DNA from: Rhizodiscina lignyota
Taxonomy: Eukaryota
Length of the DNA stretch: 64,000 nt
Direction of reading: 5' to 3'
Assembly (NCBI GenBank): GCA_010015805.1
Contig: ML978125.1
Span: 2,232,001-2,296,000 of the forward strand
The notes beneath the pieces are model-generated. The model was not told the origin of the DNA, ran no database searches, and saw only the letters and a program-made list of their open reading frames with translations. Positions 60,082-64,000 of the stretch are shown here, piece after piece. The translations under genes were made by a program, and so were the position numbers. Positions within the stretch are counted from its first letter, which is position 1; each line of letters starts with the position of its first letter.

Positions 60082-60923
60082 TTCGAGCTATGATGTGTCA
60101 CGTTCCAAAGGGCTTCCTCACTATAATTGTTGCTCTGGCTGACTGCATGACAACGGCTATATGCAGAATATTTAAAGGATCAAGTCGATCGACGTCTAGG
60201 AGGATCGGGCAAGCAATCGATTTGCTATAATTGCACACCTGATGGAGCACAAAGCCTGAAGATTTGTCCCGGTTGAAAAGGAGCGCAACCCAACAAGTTT
60301 AAAGGGCCTCACTACTGGAAACTGCCAATGCAGCTATGGATCAAACATGAGCTTAAATTACGATTCGATATATGAGGTAAGAAAGTACGCCGCAAGACTT
60401 GGGCTGTGTGTTGTTTTGGAGTAAGTGTAGCGCAGTGCCGTTGGCTGACCATAAAACGGAGTTAAGGGCTCACCCCTGGAAGCGCTTTTCCAATTTCAAG
60501 CATGACAAGGCAGTCCCTGTTTACTCGTGTAACTAGCACCAAGCATTGCAAGGCAAGAGCAAAAACATTGTAGTTGTTGCTCAAATTCCGCAATTGCTGG
60601 AGGTATCGCAGCAAATCGAGATTCTTGAGCTTCTACTAGGCCTGCCGAAGCCGTCGGCTTCAATAACTTCAGCGCGGTCTACATACATCACGACCCTGCA
60701 GTTTCATTTTCTTTTGAAAGAGCCAGAGTAAAACAGATGATTTCATCTGCTGAGAATCAGGCACATAGCGGAGCAGAACAGTTGATTGATTGAAGCCAGA
60801 ACGGGTGCAAAGCACCCTCATATATACAAGAATAAGGGAGGTTGGTACCCAGGGGCCGGGTGCCACCCACCCAGAAACAGGGTTGCCAGCCACCCCTGCC
60901 TCCTATTTTCAACAGCATCCTCT

Positions 60924-62162
60924 TCAACTGAATTGTGAGATCCAGGAGATCATTATATTCGACAGCTCGACAGGAGCTTCCTCTGGCAAGAAATGTCCAG
61001 CGCCATCTCCAATCCCTTCGACCTTGAGGTTCGCGCCTTCCTGTACCCATCCTTTCCACACCTTCTCCATGTCATATCTCGCGCCTAGGTATGCGGATGA
61101 ATAGACGACGAGCGTTGGAACTGCAATCTTTCTCCCCTGCTGCTGGTCTTCCTTCTGCAGCTCAACATCCTCGAACGCCCCAGCGCGGTAGTCCTCGCAT
61201 GACGCTCGCACGACGGACTCGCGCTCAAAATAACCACAGTACCGTTCCATGGCGTCATCTCCTTTGAGGCCCTTCAACCGATGCTCGTTCTTGCCGGCCC
61301 ACCGTTCGATCATGGCCTGGCACCACCAGCCGCCGCCGGTAGCGAGGATCATCTTGGTTGCGAGTTCCACATTGGCGAGCAAGGGCCAATGAAACGTGCC
61401 TACTGAGCTGGCCGAGTTCCCAAACGTTTCAAACTGCGCAGAGGTTGGTACGATGTCCAGAAAGATGACGGAGACGAGGCTGAAGGTAGAAGAGTGTTGC
61501 TCCGCATCGACTGCTAATCGATGGCAAACGCGCGCTCCTCGATCGCTTTTACTAATTTAGTGACCATTCGACCTTAAAAGACTTGGTGACCTACTGGCCA
61601 CACAGAATGATCTTCTGTGAGATAGGGCCTGATGAGGGAAGAGATTTCTCAAGAGCCTCTAGAACAGCGGCTCCGACAGTGCGTTTATCACCTCTCGGAG
61701 GTGGAGTTGAGTTGCCATAGCCCGGGAGCTGTTAGTGCTCGTTAGAGACTCTACGTCAATGGCATGACAGTTACGGTTGGAAGAAGAGAACAACATACGT
61801 CCGGAATGAAAATGGGTACATCTGGAGGCAGTCGAGAAACCACCTATCGCTGAACCATCAGCATTTGAGCAAGAAACCAGATCAGGCGATGGGTCTGTAC
61901 ATGACGGTACCTATGTGGCGTCAGCGATCTTCCTCAAATGCAGAAGAGGCAGGCCGTTAGTATGTACATATATGCGCTAGCATCATATTAGCAGTTTGTC
62001 CATCAGAATGGCAAGGCAATCTTACGATTGAGGATAGCCGTGGACAAGAATCAGAATCGGGTTGTCTGGAGAGACAGTCTCCAAGCCTCTTGAGTAGTAG
62101 TTCACCGCGGACCCACATGATGTTGGGACGCTGCTCGATTTTTCAAAGAACTCGGACGTCAT
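60924..62162 (-). CDS. Alpha/beta hydrolase, haloacetate (fluoroacetate) dehalogenase / epoxide hydrolase-like
   Basis: LVHGYPQS, IPD|LPGYGNS, CGH|DRGARVCHR, LDIVPT, FHWPL, CEDYRAGA and GHFLPEEAP. Several short introns; ATG at 62162. Confidence 0.85.
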
Positions 62163-62479
62163 CGCAGTTGATTTAATCCTCACAAGAATATATAGGATTA
62201 TCTTGGAACGAAAACGCTTCAGGTGGACTTGCTGTTGAACAGCATGAGGTTGGTGAGAGGGAACGACACTTTCCGGCAAGGCGGAGGGGTTGTCAGCGGC
62301 TCGGTAGCGAACCGAGTCCATTGATAATTAGTTTCCAATTGAATTCGCCTGTTGGGGTATCAACTATTATCGGAATTGCTATATGACTGACTGCTCTCTT
62401 CTACCGTAGTTATAAATATAAAACAGAACCGCAGAGCAAAGAAAAGGGCGTAATTGATATGCCGTTGGTATATTGATCC

Positions 62480-64000
62480 TTAAGTGCTAGTCATAACAGC
62501 CTCATTGTGATTGATCCTCAATCGAACTTTCAACTCCTCTGCCTTCTTCGTCAACCCCTTCTCCGACATGCCGTGCTCAGCATTTATATTCTCTCTCGCT
62601 TTAGCGTCAAAGCCCAAGAAAATAACCGGGAGAGGATTCAAGCCCCAAGCGAACAGGCCTGCCCTTTTTGTCTCGATGACGGTCCCAACAAGGAAAACAA
62701 GGCCCAGTAACCAAATCAGCACCGGCAGACAAATCCAGACCCATGACACGACGACGTAGGTTACGGGAGCAAGGACATGGCCTTTGGCCATTACGGGCTT
62801 CGCCGTGTCGAGATTCCAGCTGGAGTCTCTGATCGCCTTCGTCATGCCCAAAGCCAGATTTTGCATGGCACAAATGTTGCCGTTCTGCGGCGTTTCACAC
62901 GTGCTGTAGTTGCCCAAAAATATGGCCTACGTTCCTGTTAGTATCTCATTAAAGGGAAGACAATATTGGTTCTTACCTGCATCAGGTCCGCAGTGAGATC
63001 GCCATTTTGAGTCTCTATCCCCGCCTCTTCCGACTGGTACTCGTAGTCATCGTCTCCTTCAGTACCAACGTTGCCGCTAAGAATCGATGCAAGATAGAAA
63101 CTGATCCCGTGGTTGATATTGTACGGGATGGTGTAGTTCTCGGAGTATATTCCCAGGGATGGCACGATTGACATTGGAACGATGGAATCTTGCGTATCCT
63201 CGTCAACGATATAGCCAGTGAAGGGAGAACTAATCGTTTGCTCATAATATTGAGCGCCAGATAATGCAGCTTGAGTTGACCTAGACGAGGACCCGATCGA
63301 AGTGTTGTAGATTCGTACGCAGGGCGTTAATGCACACTCCGAAGCAACGAGCTTTGTCGTTGAATTCACAAGATGGCTGCCGAAAGCAGAAATGGAATCC
63401 ACAATGGCCATGGGCCGGTTTAGGACCAGTTCCTGATATGCTTCCACAACAGGCTCCGTTGGTGACCCGATACGCATGACGTTCAAGTTATGCGGATTGT
63501 CTTGTCGTCGGAGGGTAAAGCCATTTGGCAGCCATGCATCGCACCAAGTTGACGCATTCACATTGTTAAAATCAGCACAGCTCCTTTTAAGCCTGTGCGT
63601 CAAATCAGTGCACTGTGCACAAACACCCAGACTTGAATACGCATCCCAGGTACAATTTCCGGTGGGACAACTGTATTTGGCGACCTTCCAATCGTCGTTG
63701 GCATTGAAGAGGGATGAGAGTATATTGGCTTTCATGCTCACATCCACAGTAGCATCCGCATGAACTGAGAATGTCTCCGGGTTGTACTTCGTTGTGTTTG
63801 CGACGTATGCATAGCCAGCATTTTGAGAGACTGGGTAGCGGAGGTCATATGCAACCAGATTTTGGATAAAGGGATCGAAGCCCAAAGAGAGAACCATGGC
63901 GATTGCACCGACGATTGCAAAGTGCTTCCCCTTGAGACTCCAGGCTAGCTTCAAACTGCCGGTAAGACCTCGTGCAGCGGAATCAAACTTGTCCAGATCG
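62480..64000 (-). CDS. DUF3176-family membrane protein, 5' truncated by the window edge
   Basis: FDSAARGLTGS, SLGFDPFIQ, CPTGNCTW..YSSLGVC..C, ECAL.PCV, NLALGMT.AIR, VSWVWICLP. Intron ~62927-62977. Confidence 0.8.

Overview
This is eukaryotic, intron-rich genomic DNA from a filamentous ascomycete (Pezizomycotina, probably Dothideomycetes). I saw no rRNA, tRNA, CRISPR array or intact transposon. Positions 1-19 kb form a compact housekeeping block: a GT34 mannosyltransferase 3' end, HAUS4-like, 2H-phosphoesterase, CFEM, TRP2, ureG, a large unknown gene and an Rsc58-like gene. Positions ~20-39 kb look accessory, with RIP-like remnants at ~20 and ~32.5 kb. They hold a GPI mucin-like protein, an aspartic pseudo-protease, a frameshifted DUF5695 gene, an intronless MalA-type Zn-binding flavin-dependent halogenase with no NRPS/PKS nearby, a lone NRT2 nitrate transporter with a NIT4/GATA promoter, and a LaeA-like methyltransferase. 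Positions 42-64 kb carry UNG1, a Chk2-like kinase with a degenerate FHA domain, a bZIP factor, orphan ORFs, diverged direct repeats, a YOR389W-like gene, a WSC sensor, a tandem set of small helical proteins, a haloacetate-dehalogenase-like hydrolase and a partial DUF3176 gene. The best candidate for new biology is the orphan MalA-like halogenase. All family calls come from motif recognition and memory, not database searches. Intron and start coordinates were inferred by eye.
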